Source: an uncultured Verrucomicrobiae bacterium (GTDB lineage Bacteria; Verrucomicrobiota; Verrucomicrobiia; Chthoniobacterales; JAATET01). From it: DNA of 64,000 nt. Positions 48,682-57,231 of this stretch are shown here, piece after piece. A program made the translations under genes and the position numbers. Position 1 is the stretch's first letter. Each line of letters begins with the position of its first letter. The stretch spans positions 96,001 to 160,000 of the forward strand of contig CAVRCI010000004.1 in NCBI GenBank assembly GCA_963719495.1. The letters run 5' to 3'. A model generated the notes under the pieces. The model saw only the letters and a program-made list of their open reading frames with translations. It did not search any database and was not told where the DNA came from.

Positions 48682-49728
48682 CTAGTCCTCGGCCAGGAGG
48701 GGGGCGAGGACCTTGATAGTTTTGTGGTAGAGGGGATGGACACCGCCTCGGCCGAGTTCCATGAGGAGGGTGTCCTGGATGCTGTCACGGCCGGCGGGGA
48801 GGCGGATGGAGACGGAGTCGTGGCCGGTGGATTCGATGTGGGCGTGGAAGAATTCGGCGTCGGGTTCGCGGGTGATGGCGATGCGGGCGTCGTCGGCGGT
48901 GAAGGCGCATTCGGAGATCGTGGCTCCCTCGGCTTCGCGGAGTTCGAAGGTGATTTCGCCTCGGTCGGGGGCGCGGAACGTGTGGCGGGAGAGGACGGAG
49001 TCGAGCTGCCAGCCGAGTTGGGCGGCGAGCCAGCCGAGGAGGAGGTGCGCGGTGGTGCTGGAGCCGGGGGCGTGGGTGATCGCGACGGAACGGATTTTGC
49101 GCAGCGAACGGAGGGCATTCGCGTGGTCGAAGACGTTGGCGAGGGCGAAGCGGAGGGAGAGAAGGCGGGCCCAATTGAGGTCGCAGAGGGTGGCGCGGGA
49201 GTCGGCGAGGGCGGCGATTTTTTGGACGAGGGCGAGTTGTTGGCCGGGGCGTTCCCAGGTACGGCTGTCGAAAATGAGGCGGTCGACCCAGGTCCAGAGC
49301 TGCGGGTCGATGGGTTCGGAGAAGGGGGCCTGCCACCAGAAGCAGAGGGGGAGGTCGGAATCGAGGTGGGAGAAGACGACGTTGGGGAGCGAGTCGGAGA
49401 CGGCACCGTCGAGCTGGAAGGTGATCTGCTCGGAGCAGACCTGGGTCTGGCCCTTGCCAGCGAGGTGGCAGTGGGCGTCGATCCAGGCGTGGGCGGCGTC
49501 GGTCTCGGCGGCGCGGTTGGCGAAGACGAGGAGGGATCGGCAGGCGCACTGGGTGGCGAGCTGCGAGATGAGGGCGGTATTGGGGCCGATGGTGTCGGCG
49601 GACTCGGTGTAGATCGCGAGGTTGATGAGGGAGGCGCGGGATTTGGCGTCGCCGCTGTCTTCCCAGAGCTTCGCGAGTTCTTTTTCGATGCGACCGATTT
49701 CGACGGGGAGGCCAGGGCTAAAGTTCAT
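48682..49728 (-). CDS. opcA: Glucose-6-phosphate dehydrogenase assembly protein OpcA
   Basis: IEKELAKLW, RASLINL, VCSEQI, DLPLCFWW, DRLIFDS, DLNWARL; downstream of zwf. Confidence 0.88.
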   Translation of the reverse strand: MNFSPGLPVEIGRIEKELAKLWEDSGDAKSRASLINLAIYTESADTIGPNTALISQLATQCACRSLLVFANRAAETDAAHAWIDAHCHLAGKGQTQVCSEQITFQLDGAVSDSLPNVVFSHLDSDLPLCFWWQAPFSEPIDPQLWTWVDRLIFDSRTWERPGQQLALVQKIAALADSRATLCDLNWARLLSLRFALANVFDHANALRSLRKIRSVAITHAPGSSTTAHLLLGWLAAQLGWQLDSVLSRHTFRAPDRGEITFELREAEGATISECAFTADDARIAITREPDAEFFHAHIESTGHDSVSIRLPAGRDSIQDTLLMELGRGGVHPLYHKTIKVLAPLLAED

Positions 49729-49730
49729 GG

Positions 49731-49856
49731 GAATTAGAAATTTGAAATGATGAATTAGAAATGGCCAGCCCTTCGGGAAATGTGGAAACGGCGGCAGGAG
49801 CCCGGCTTTTCTAGGTGGCTCCATTTCTCATTTCTCATTTCAAATTTCCCATTTCG
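49731..49856. repeat. Inverted AT-rich heptamer arrays
   Basis: GAATTAGAAATTTGAAATGATGAATTAGAAATGG ... CCATTTCTCATTTCTCATTTTCAAATTTCCCATTTC in the zwf-opcA spacer. Confidence 0.8.
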
Positions 49857-49861
49857 ACTCG

Positions 49862-51412
49862 CTAGAGTCGTCGCCAGGTGGCTCCGGCTCTTTTGATGAG
49901 GTCGTCGGCTTCCGTTGGGCCCCAGCTTCCGGCGCTGTAGAAGGCGAGTTTGTCGTGGCCGTCTTCCCAGCCTTGGCGGATGGCGTCGACGATCTTCCAG
50001 GCTTCTTCGACCTCGTCGCGGCGGGCGAAGAGAGTGGCGTCGCCGGCCATGGCGTCGAGGAGGAGGCGTTCGTAGGCCTCGGGGGTGGCGCGGCCGAAGG
50101 AGGTGCCGTAGTGGAAATCCATTTTCACTGGCTCGACGCGGAGGCTGGAGCCGGGGAGTTTGGCGGACATGCGCAGGGAGACGCCTTCGTCGGGCTGGAT
50201 GCGGATGACGAGGACGTTATCCGCGAGTGGCGTTTCTTCGGCTTTGCTTTGATTGAAGAGAATGGGTGGCGCGCTCTTGAAGTGGAGGGCGATCTCGGTG
50301 CCGCCTTTGGGGAGACGTTTGCCGACCCGGACGAAGAACGGGACGCCGGCCCAGCGCCAGTTGTCGACGTTGATCTCGAGGGCGACGTAGGTCTCGGTCT
50401 CGGATTCTGGTGGGATGTTTTCTTCGTCGCGGTAGGCGGCGACGCGTTTGCCGTCGATGGAACCGGAGGAGTATTGGGCGCGGACGACGTATTTGCCGAC
50501 GTCGGGGCCGGCGATCTTCCGAATGGAGCGGATGACTTTGACTTTCTCGTCGCGAATGGCGTCGGCGGTGAGGTCGGCGGGCGGCTCCATCGCCGTGAGG
50601 CAGAGGAGCTGGAGCAGGTGGTTTTGCACCATGTCGCGGATGGCGCCGGATTTGTCGTAGTAGCCGGCGCGGCCTTCGACGCCGAGGGGCTCGCTGGCGG
50701 TGATCTGGACGTGGTCGACGTAGCGGGAGTTCCAGAGGTGCTCGAAGATCGCGTTGGCGAAGCGGAGAACCATGATGTTCTGCGCGGTCTCTTTGCCGAG
50801 GTAATGGTCGATGCGGTAGGTGTCTTTTTCCTGGAAGGCTCCGTCGACGAGGTCGTTGAGTTCGACGGCGGTGGGGAGATCGACGCCGAAGGGTTTCTCG
50901 ACGATCACGCGGGACCAACTGCCTTCGCGGGCGTGGTTGAGTCCGCTCTTGCTGAGGTTTTCGAGGATGATCCCGAATTGGTCGGGTCCGGCGGCAAGGT
51001 AGAAGAGGCGGTTGCCGCGGGTGCCGCGCTGCTCGTCGATTTCGTCGAGGCGCTTGGCGAGGGATTCGTAGCCTTCGAGGTTGTCGAAGGGGCTGCGGTG
51101 GTAGCTGATGGACTCGGCGAAGGAGGTCCAGAGGTCGTCGTTGATCTTCTGGCGGGAGTGTTTGCGGGCGGCTTCCTCGAGTTCCGTGCGGAAGATTTCG
51201 TCGGTCTTGTCGCGGCGGGCGAAGCCGACGACGGCGATGGCGGGCGGGAGGTTGCCGTCGGCGGCGAGGTTGTAGAGGGCGGGGACGAGTTTGCGGTGGG
51301 TGAGGTCACCGGTGGCACCGAAGATGACGAGCGTGCAGGGGTCGGGCATCGAGCGGCTGAGGAGTCCTTCGCGAAGTGGGTTGGTCGGTGATTCGTCGGT
51401 CGGTGCGGCCAT
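49862..51412 (-). CDS. zwf: Glucose-6-phosphate 1-dehydrogenase
   Basis: GATGDL, EKPFG, RIDHYLGKE, RDMVQNHLLQ, RWAGVPF. Confidence 0.97.
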   Translation of the reverse strand: MAAPTDESPTNPLREGLLSRSMPDPCTLVIFGATGDLTHRKLVPALYNLAADGNLPPAIAVVGFARRDKTDEIFRTELEEAARKHSRQKINDDLWTSFAESISYHRSPFDNLEGYESLAKRLDEIDEQRGTRGNRLFYLAAGPDQFGIILENLSKSGLNHAREGSWSRVIVEKPFGVDLPTAVELNDLVDGAFQEKDTYRIDHYLGKETAQNIMVLRFANAIFEHLWNSRYVDHVQITASEPLGVEGRAGYYDKSGAIRDMVQNHLLQLLCLTAMEPPADLTADAIRDEKVKVIRSIRKIAGPDVGKYVVRAQYSSGSIDGKRVAAYRDEENIPPESETETYVALEINVDNWRWAGVPFFVRVGKRLPKGGTEIALHFKSAPPILFNQSKAEETPLADNVLVIRIQPDEGVSLRMSAKLPGSSLRVEPVKMDFHYGTSFGRATPEAYERLLLDAMAGDATLFARRDEVEEAWKIVDAIRQGWEDGHDKLAFYSAGSWGPTEADDLIKRAGATWRRL

Positions 51413-51580
51413 GTTGATTAGTGAAAAGAGTTTGGGCAGGATTGACAGGATTTAGAGGATTTTTTTGCCGGGGGGGGATTCCGAGGCTTGGGCTTTGGGT
51501 TGGTTCGGCAGCCGGAGAGGGGTGGGGCCGATTGGAAACGTCCGCTCCCGCGGGGGGGGGCGGTCGGTTCGATTGGTGGC

Positions 51581-51609
51581 TTGTGGAGTTGGGTGGGGCG
51601 AAATACTTT
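51581..51609 (+). promoter_or_regulatory. Putative promoter of a leaderless proC transcript
   Basis: TTGTGG-17-TACTTT then 7 nt to ATG 51617. Confidence 0.55.
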
Positions 51610-51616
51610 GCGCCCG

Positions 51617-52408
51617 ATGAAGATTGCGTTTTTGGGGGCGGGGAAGATGGCGACGGCGCTGGCTCGTGGGTTGGTGGACGCGGAGGTTTGCGCGGCGAAG
51701 GAGATCGCCGTGGCGGACGCGAGTCAGGTGGCTCGGAGCGCGCTCGCATCTCAGCTGGGTGTGAAGGCGGCGGAGTCGAACGCGGTGGCGGTCGAGGCGG
51801 CGGATGCGGTGATTCTGTGCGTGAAGCCGGGCGACGCCGGGGTGGCGATCGAACAATGCGGTGAGGCGCTCGCGGGGAAGTTGCTCGTTTCGATCGCGGC
51901 GGGGTTGACGCTGGAGGCGTTGCGGGAGTTGGCGGGCGAGGGGGTTCGGCTGGTTCGGGCGATGCCGAACACGGCGGCTCAGGTCGGTCGGAGCGCGACG
52001 GCGTTCTCGGCGGGTCCGGGCGTGACGGACGCTGATCTGACTCTGACGAAGAAGATTTTTGGCGCGGTCGGATTGGCGCTTTCGGTGCCGGAGTCGCAGC
52101 TGGACGCGGTGACGGGCTTGAGCGGGAGCGGGCCGGCTTACGTGTATCTGGTGATCGAGGCGTTGGCCGATGGGGGTGTCGCGGCGGGGTTGCCCCGGGC
52201 GCTGGCGGCGCAGCTCGCGGTGCAGACGGTGCTGGGCGCGGCGGCGATGGTGGCGGAGACGAAGGAGCATCCGGCGGTGTTGCGCGAGGCGGTGACGAGT
52301 CCGGGCGGGACGACGGCGGCGGCGCTGCGGGTGCTGGAGTCGGCGGCGGTGCGGTCGGCTTTCGTCGAAGCGGTGGGCGCGGCGACCGAGAAGGCGAGGG
52401 ATTTATGA
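51617..52408 (+). CDS. proC: Pyrroline-5-carboxylate reductase
   Basis: GAGKMA, CVKP, RAMPNT, SGSGPAY, VTSPGGTT. Confidence 0.95.
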   Translation: MKIAFLGAGKMATALARGLVDAEVCAAKEIAVADASQVARSALASQLGVKAAESNAVAVEAADAVILCVKPGDAGVAIEQCGEALAGKLLVSIAAGLTLEALRELAGEGVRLVRAMPNTAAQVGRSATAFSAGPGVTDADLTLTKKIFGAVGLALSVPESQLDAVTGLSGSGPAYVYLVIEALADGGVAAGLPRALAAQLAVQTVLGAAAMVAETKEHPAVLREAVTSPGGTTAAALRVLESAAVRSAFVEAVGAATEKARDL

Positions 52409-52432
52409 TTTATGATTTACGATTGATGATTT
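52400..52432 (+). repeat. GATTTA(T/C) heptamer array overlapping the proC stop and next start
   Basis: GATTTAT GATTTAT GATTTAC GATTGAT GATTT. Confidence 0.9.
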
Positions 52433-53067
52433 GTGCGGTGGCGGTGGTGCCGGTGTGGGTCGCGGTGGCGGAGCCGAACGCGGATACGTTCGTTCCGACG
52501 GTGGCACGGGCGGCGGCGGCCGAGGGGAACGAGGCGTTTGCCCGGGGGGATTACGACGCGGCGCGCGAGGCCTACAAGAAGGTGATCGAGCTGGCTCCGA
52601 ACAACGTGGTCGGGTCGGTGAATCTCGGGGTGGTCGAGTATCGGGCGGGGAACCTGGCGGACGCGGAGACGATCCTGATGAACGTCGTGCAGCAGCGGCT
52701 GAAGACGGGGGCGGCTTGGCTGACGCTGGGGATCATGTTTTACGAGAACAAGCGGATCGACGAGGCGTTGGCGGCGCTGGCGCAGGCGACGCTTTACGAC
52801 GCCTCGAACGCGCGGGCCCACAACTATTATGGCGTTGCGCTGGGCGTGAAGGGCTGGAAGGACGGCGCGGAGGATGAGTTGCGGCGGGCGGTGGAGCTGG
52901 ATCCGGAATACCGGGACGCGCACTACAATCTGGCTCTGCTTTACCTGGATCGGCGGCCGCCTTCGGTCGAGCTGGCGAAGCGGCATTACTACCGCTCGGT
53001 GGAGCTGGGGGCACCGCGGGATCTGGTTTTGGAGAAAAATCTTAAAGTCACCGTGGGTGACCGCTAA
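52405..53067 (+). CDS. Tetratricopeptide repeat protein
   Basis: Repeated NLG/TLG/YNLA TPR helices; signal-like N-terminus; start 52405 or 52426. Confidence 0.85.
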   Translation: MIYDLRLMICAVAVVPVWVAVAEPNADTFVPTVARAAAAEGNEAFARGDYDAAREAYKKVIELAPNNVVGSVNLGVVEYRAGNLADAETILMNVVQQRLKTGAAWLTLGIMFYENKRIDEALAALAQATLYDASNARAHNYYGVALGVKGWKDGAEDELRRAVELDPEYRDAHYNLALLYLDRRPPSVELAKRHYYRSVELGAPRDLVLEKNLKVTVGDR

Positions 53068-53079
53068 CGTCCTCGCACC

Positions 53080-53898
53080 GTGAAATTGCTTCGTCTCGCT
53101 TTCGTCCTCCTGGTCTTCGTTCAATCCGCTTCGGCCGCGGAACCTCCGAAGATTTTTGGGAAATCCGCGATCCTCTTCGATGCGAATACGGGCGAGGTGC
53201 TCTACAAGAAGGCGGACACTTACCGGACGCCGGTCGCGAGCACGCAGAAACTGCTCACGTCGCTCGTGGTGGCGAAGGCGGGAAATCTGGACGGGAAGTT
53301 TGCGATCGAGAAATCCGACACGTTGGAGGAGCCGACGAAGCTTTACCTCAAGGAGGGGGATCGGTATCGGCGGGCGGATCTGTTGAAGGCGCTGTTGGTG
53401 AAGAGTGCGAACGATGTCGCGCACGCTTTGGGTCGGGATAACGCGGGGAGCATCGAGGCGTTCGCGGAGAAAATGAATCGGGAGGCGGTGCGGCTGGGGG
53501 CGCAAAGTTCGAATTTCACGAATGCGAATGGGCTGCCGGATAGTCGTCAGCTTTCGACGGCGCGGGACATGGCTTGCATCGCGCGGGCGGCTTACCGCAA
53601 TCCGCTGCTGCGCGACATTATGGCGATCAAGTCGTATCGGTTCGAGTACGCGAGCGGGAAGGGCGTGACGCTCACGAACACGAATCGGGTGCTGCGGACG
53701 TATTCGTTCTGCAATGGGATGAAGACGGGTTACACGAATCTGTCGGGGCACTGCCTCATTGCGAGCGGGTCCTACGGGGGGCGGGATATGATCGCGGTGG
53801 TGCTGCGGAGTAACAAGGCGAACGTCTGGAACGACGCGGCATCGTTGCTGGAATTTGGGTTGGGGATCGATCGGCGGAAATTTACTGGCAGTTTGTGA
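53080..53898 (+). CDS. D-alanyl-D-alanine carboxypeptidase (peptidase S11)
   Basis: ASTQKLLT (SxxK), KSAND (SxN), GMKTGYT (KTG). Confidence 0.92.
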   Translation: MKLLRLAFVLLVFVQSASAAEPPKIFGKSAILFDANTGEVLYKKADTYRTPVASTQKLLTSLVVAKAGNLDGKFAIEKSDTLEEPTKLYLKEGDRYRRADLLKALLVKSANDVAHALGRDNAGSIEAFAEKMNREAVRLGAQSSNFTNANGLPDSRQLSTARDMACIARAAYRNPLLRDIMAIKSYRFEYASGKGVTLTNTNRVLRTYSFCNGMKTGYTNLSGHCLIASGSYGGRDMIAVVLRSNKANVWNDAASLLEFGLGIDRRKFTGSL

Positions 53899-53901
53899 GG
53901 G

Positions 53902-53936
53902 GATTTATGATTTACGATTTACGATTTACGATTTTT
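53902..53936 (+). repeat. GATTTA(T/C) heptamer array
   Basis: GATTTAT GATTTAC x3 GATTTTT immediately after a stop codon. Confidence 0.92.
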
Positions 53937-53963
53937 GGATCGGCTCGCTTCGCATTGCCTCGT

Positions 53964-54065
53964 GATGCGGCGGGACGCCGCATCTCGCACGCGGGGACGC
54001 GTGCGATCCCCATGCCGCACGCGGGGACGCGGGCGATCCCCATGCCGCACGTGGGGACGCGGGTG
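53964..54065 (+). repeat. REP-B with 30-bp tandem amplification of its distal hairpin
   Basis: CGCACGCGGGGACGCG(T/G)GCGATCCCCATGC at 53986-54015, 54016-54045 and partial 54046-54065. Confidence 0.9.
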
Positions 54066-54076
54066 CTGTTCTTCTG

Positions 54077-56143
54077 ATGGCTCGGAAGTATTCTTTGGCT
54101 CCTCCGGCGGGGCCTTCTTCGGGGATTGATTTTGCGGCGGAGCTGAATCCGCAGCAGTTGGCGGCGGTGACGGCACCGCCGGGGGCGGCGTTGGTGATCG
54201 CGGGTGCGGGCAGCGGGAAGACGCGGACGCTGACGTTTCGCGTGGCGTGGTTGCTGGATCAGGGGGTGGCACCGGAGTCTATTTTGTTGCTGACGTTCAC
54301 CAACAAGGCTTCGCGGGAGATGTTGGAGCGGGTCGCGGGGGTCGTGGTCGGTGGGGCGGATGGGATCTGGGGCGGGACGTTTCACTCGATCGGGAATCGG
54401 ATTCTGCGGCGTCACGCGGAGCGGGTTGGTTTTCGTCCCGGGTTTTCGATCATGGACCGGGAGGACCAGACGGATCTGATCGAGTCGGTCGTGGCGCGGG
54501 ACGGAATGCGGACGGAGGACAAGAAATTTCCGAAGGGGAGCGTGCTGGCGGAGATCTTCGGGCTGTCGATCAATTGCGGGACTTCGATCCCGGAGATTCT
54601 GCGGGAGCGGTATCAGTATTTCATTCACTTGGAGGAACAGATTCAGCGCGTCGCGGTGACTTACGAGGGGCGGAAGCGGGAGTCGAACACGATGGACTTC
54701 GACGATTTGCTGTCGAAGACGCTCGAGCTTTTCGTGACGTGCCCGGACGTGGCGGAGCGGTATCAGCGGCAGTTTCGGCACGTGCTGGTGGACGAATACC
54801 AGGACACCAACCGGCTCCAGGCGGAGCTGATCGACCACCTCGCGAAGGTGCACGGGAACATCATGGTCGTGGGCGACGACGCGCAGTCGATCTACTCGTG
54901 GCGGGGGGCGAACTTCGCGAACATTCTGCGGTTTCCGGAGCGCTACAAAGACGCGGTCGTTCACAAGATCGAGACGAATTACCGGAGCGTGCCGGAGGTG
55001 CTGGAGCTGGCGAACTCGGCGATCGCGGGGAATACGAAGCAATTCAAAAAGGAACTGCGGGCGGTGCGGGCGTCGCTCGGGATGAAGCCGGCGATCGTGC
55101 CGCTGCAGACGAACAATCAGCAGGCCGCGTTCATCGCGCAGCGGGTGCTGGAATTGAGCGAGGAGGGGGTGGATCTGCGCGAGATGGCGGTGCTGTATCG
55201 CGCGCATTACCACTCGCTGGAGGTGCAGCTGGAGTTCACTCGGCGGGGGATTCCGTTTTCGATCACGAGCGGGTTGCGCTTCTTCGAGCAGGCTCACATC
55301 AAGGACGTGGCGGCTTATTTGAAGTTTGCGGTCAATCCGACGGACGAGGTGGCCTTCAAACGGATGGTGAAGCTACTGGCCGGGATCGGGCCGAAGGCGG
55401 CGGAGAATCTGTGGGTGGCGGTGACGGCGACGATCGGGCGGGGCGGGACGTTTGCGGATCTGCGCGCGAGGGCGAAGGTGCCGCCGAAGTCGGTGAAGGG
55501 TTGGGAACAGCTCGTGCACACGCTCGAGGATCTGATGCCGGGTAACCGCGTGGTGGCTCCGTGGGAGATGATCGAGGGCGTGATGTTCGCGAGCTACGAC
55601 GAATACATGAAGTCGAAGTTTCCAAACTACGACGCGCGGAAGGAGGATCTCAACACCCTGGCGAATTACTCGCGGCAGTTCGACAGCACGGCGGACTTTC
55701 TCGCGCAGCTGGCGCTATTGGGTTCCATCGAAACGGACGACGCGCTGGCACCCTCGGTCGACGAGGACGAGCGGATCACGCTGTCGACGATCCATCAGGC
55801 GAAGGGGCTCGAGTGGAATATCGTGTTCGTGGAGTGGCTGACGGAGGGGATGTTTCCGAGCGCGCGGTCGACGGAGACGGATGAGGCCGTCGAGGAGGAG
55901 CGGCGGTTGTTTTACGTGGCGGTGACGCGGTGCAAGGACGAGCTGTATTTGACCTATCCGGAGTTGCGGTTGAACGCGGGATACGGCGAGGCGTTTCAGC
56001 GGCCTTCGCGGTTCCTCGACGAGCTGCCGACTCACGTTTACGAGGATTGGGAGGTGGACTCGGCGGGGTCGTTTGGGGCGAGTGCGGGTGCGGGTGGTGC
56101 CGCTGATGACGATGACGAGGAGGGTGGGGAGATTCCCTGGTGA
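54077..56143 (+). CDS. UvrD/PcrA/Rep-family ATP-dependent DNA helicase
   Basis: AGAGSGKT, TFTNKA, VDEYQDTN, VGDDAQSIYSWRGA, STIHQAKGLE, EERRLFYVAVTR. Confidence 0.95.
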   Translation: MARKYSLAPPAGPSSGIDFAAELNPQQLAAVTAPPGAALVIAGAGSGKTRTLTFRVAWLLDQGVAPESILLLTFTNKASREMLERVAGVVVGGADGIWGGTFHSIGNRILRRHAERVGFRPGFSIMDREDQTDLIESVVARDGMRTEDKKFPKGSVLAEIFGLSINCGTSIPEILRERYQYFIHLEEQIQRVAVTYEGRKRESNTMDFDDLLSKTLELFVTCPDVAERYQRQFRHVLVDEYQDTNRLQAELIDHLAKVHGNIMVVGDDAQSIYSWRGANFANILRFPERYKDAVVHKIETNYRSVPEVLELANSAIAGNTKQFKKELRAVRASLGMKPAIVPLQTNNQQAAFIAQRVLELSEEGVDLREMAVLYRAHYHSLEVQLEFTRRGIPFSITSGLRFFEQAHIKDVAAYLKFAVNPTDEVAFKRMVKLLAGIGPKAAENLWVAVTATIGRGGTFADLRARAKVPPKSVKGWEQLVHTLEDLMPGNRVVAPWEMIEGVMFASYDEYMKSKFPNYDARKEDLNTLANYSRQFDSTADFLAQLALLGSIETDDALAPSVDEDERITLSTIHQAKGLEWNIVFVEWLTEGMFPSARSTETDEAVEEERRLFYVAVTRCKDELYLTYPELRLNAGYGEAFQRPSRFLDELPTHVYEDWEVDSAGSFGASAGAGGAADDDDEEGGEIPW

Positions 56144-56217
56144 CGGCGGTTGGGGTTGGAATCGGCTTTGGGCCGATTGTGGGTTGGTGACCGGCTGGAA
56201 GCCGGTGCTACTGGGAT

Positions 56218-56655
56218 TCAGATTTGGATGGGGGTGGGTTCGGCGGGGGCGGATTGGATGACTCCGGAGATGCGCCAGGTGTCGGAGTCGCGCTGGAGGA
56301 GGTATTGGTATTCGATTGTTTGGCCGTCGGTGCCGGTGATCTCGACGGAGACGGCGGCTTTCTCGCCGTCGTCGATGGCGACGAGAAATCTCGCGCCGGT
56401 GGAGTTGGCGATCTGGGGATACTGCGCGCGAACCATTGCTTCGAAGGCCTCGGCCGGGAATTGCGATTTGATGCCGGCGTGGGCGAAGCCGTAGGCGGCC
56501 CGGTAGTCGTCGGCCCGGAAGGCGGTGAGCTGCCGCTCGATGACGCTCTGGAGTGCGGCCTTCACCGCGGGATCGCTGGGTCGGACTTCGGCCTGGCAGG
56601 CGGTGGTCAGAGTCGCGAAGCAGGCAAGCGAAAGAGCGAGGAATGGGTGGCGCAT
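56218..56655 (-). CDS. DUF4864 family secreted protein
   Basis: VIERQLTAFRADDY..AY.FA, F..MVR..YP, WRISGV. Confidence 0.8.
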   Translation of the reverse strand: MRHPFLALSLACFATLTTACQAEVRPSDPAVKAALQSVIERQLTAFRADDYRAAYGFAHAGIKSQFPAEAFEAMVRAQYPQIANSTGARFLVAIDDGEKAAVSVEITGTDGQTIEYQYLLQRDSDTWRISGVIQSAPAEPTPIQI

Positions 56656-56778
56656 GAGGGACTGACGTCGAAGGGAGACGGTGTGTCAAAGTGGAAGTCG
56701 ATCGAGGCGGGGCGGCGGACGGAATAATCCGGGGATTCGTGGCTCGTAGACGGGAACTTTTTGCGGAACCTTCATTCG

Positions 56779-57231
56779 ATGAACGACGACTCGACCCACC
56801 TCACGCCCCTCGATTTATCCTCGGTTCATCCGCGCAGTCCGCGGGCGACCCTTGGCGGCTACGTGGTCGCCGCCCGGACGCTGGACAAGTGTCGCTCACT
56901 GCTGAACGGGACGATCGGCGAATACCATTACGACTGTCCGCTGGATAATTTCTTTTTCGAGTTTGCGGGATTGACCGGAGATCGGTTTAAGGAATTCGTG
57001 GCGACCGGTGCTTCGGACGACGAGGTGGCGGCGTGGATTCAGGAAAACGCGACGAAGCGGGAGCGGATCGAAATCATCAAGTGGAACAATGATCTGCGGG
57101 GGAAGCGGATCGGTGAGATGCCCGAGAAATTGCAGGAATTTCTCGAGGATTACATTCCGGAAAACGTGCCGGATCATCGTCCGGTTTACGTCTGGTTCGA
57201 CGTTTACGATCTCGAGGAGGGACGGCTGTGA
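56779..57231 (+). CDS. DUF5069 family protein
   Basis: PRSPR..LGGY...AR.LDK.R, GEYHYDCPLD..F, D.EE. Confidence 0.8.
   Translation: MNDDSTHLTPLDLSSVHPRSPRATLGGYVVAARTLDKCRSLLNGTIGEYHYDCPLDNFFFEFAGLTGDRFKEFVATGASDDEVAAWIQENATKRERIEIIKWNNDLRGKRIGEMPEKLQEFLEDYIPENVPDHRPVYVWFDVYDLEEGRL

Noticed and set aside
53986..54065. Possible CRISPR array (30-bp palindromic repeats)
   Set aside because: Repeats are contiguous with no spacers, derive from REP-B, and no cas genes are present.
53895..54077. 60-aa ORF with repeated PHAGTRAIPM
   Set aside because: Translation of the heptamer and REP arrays, not a gene.
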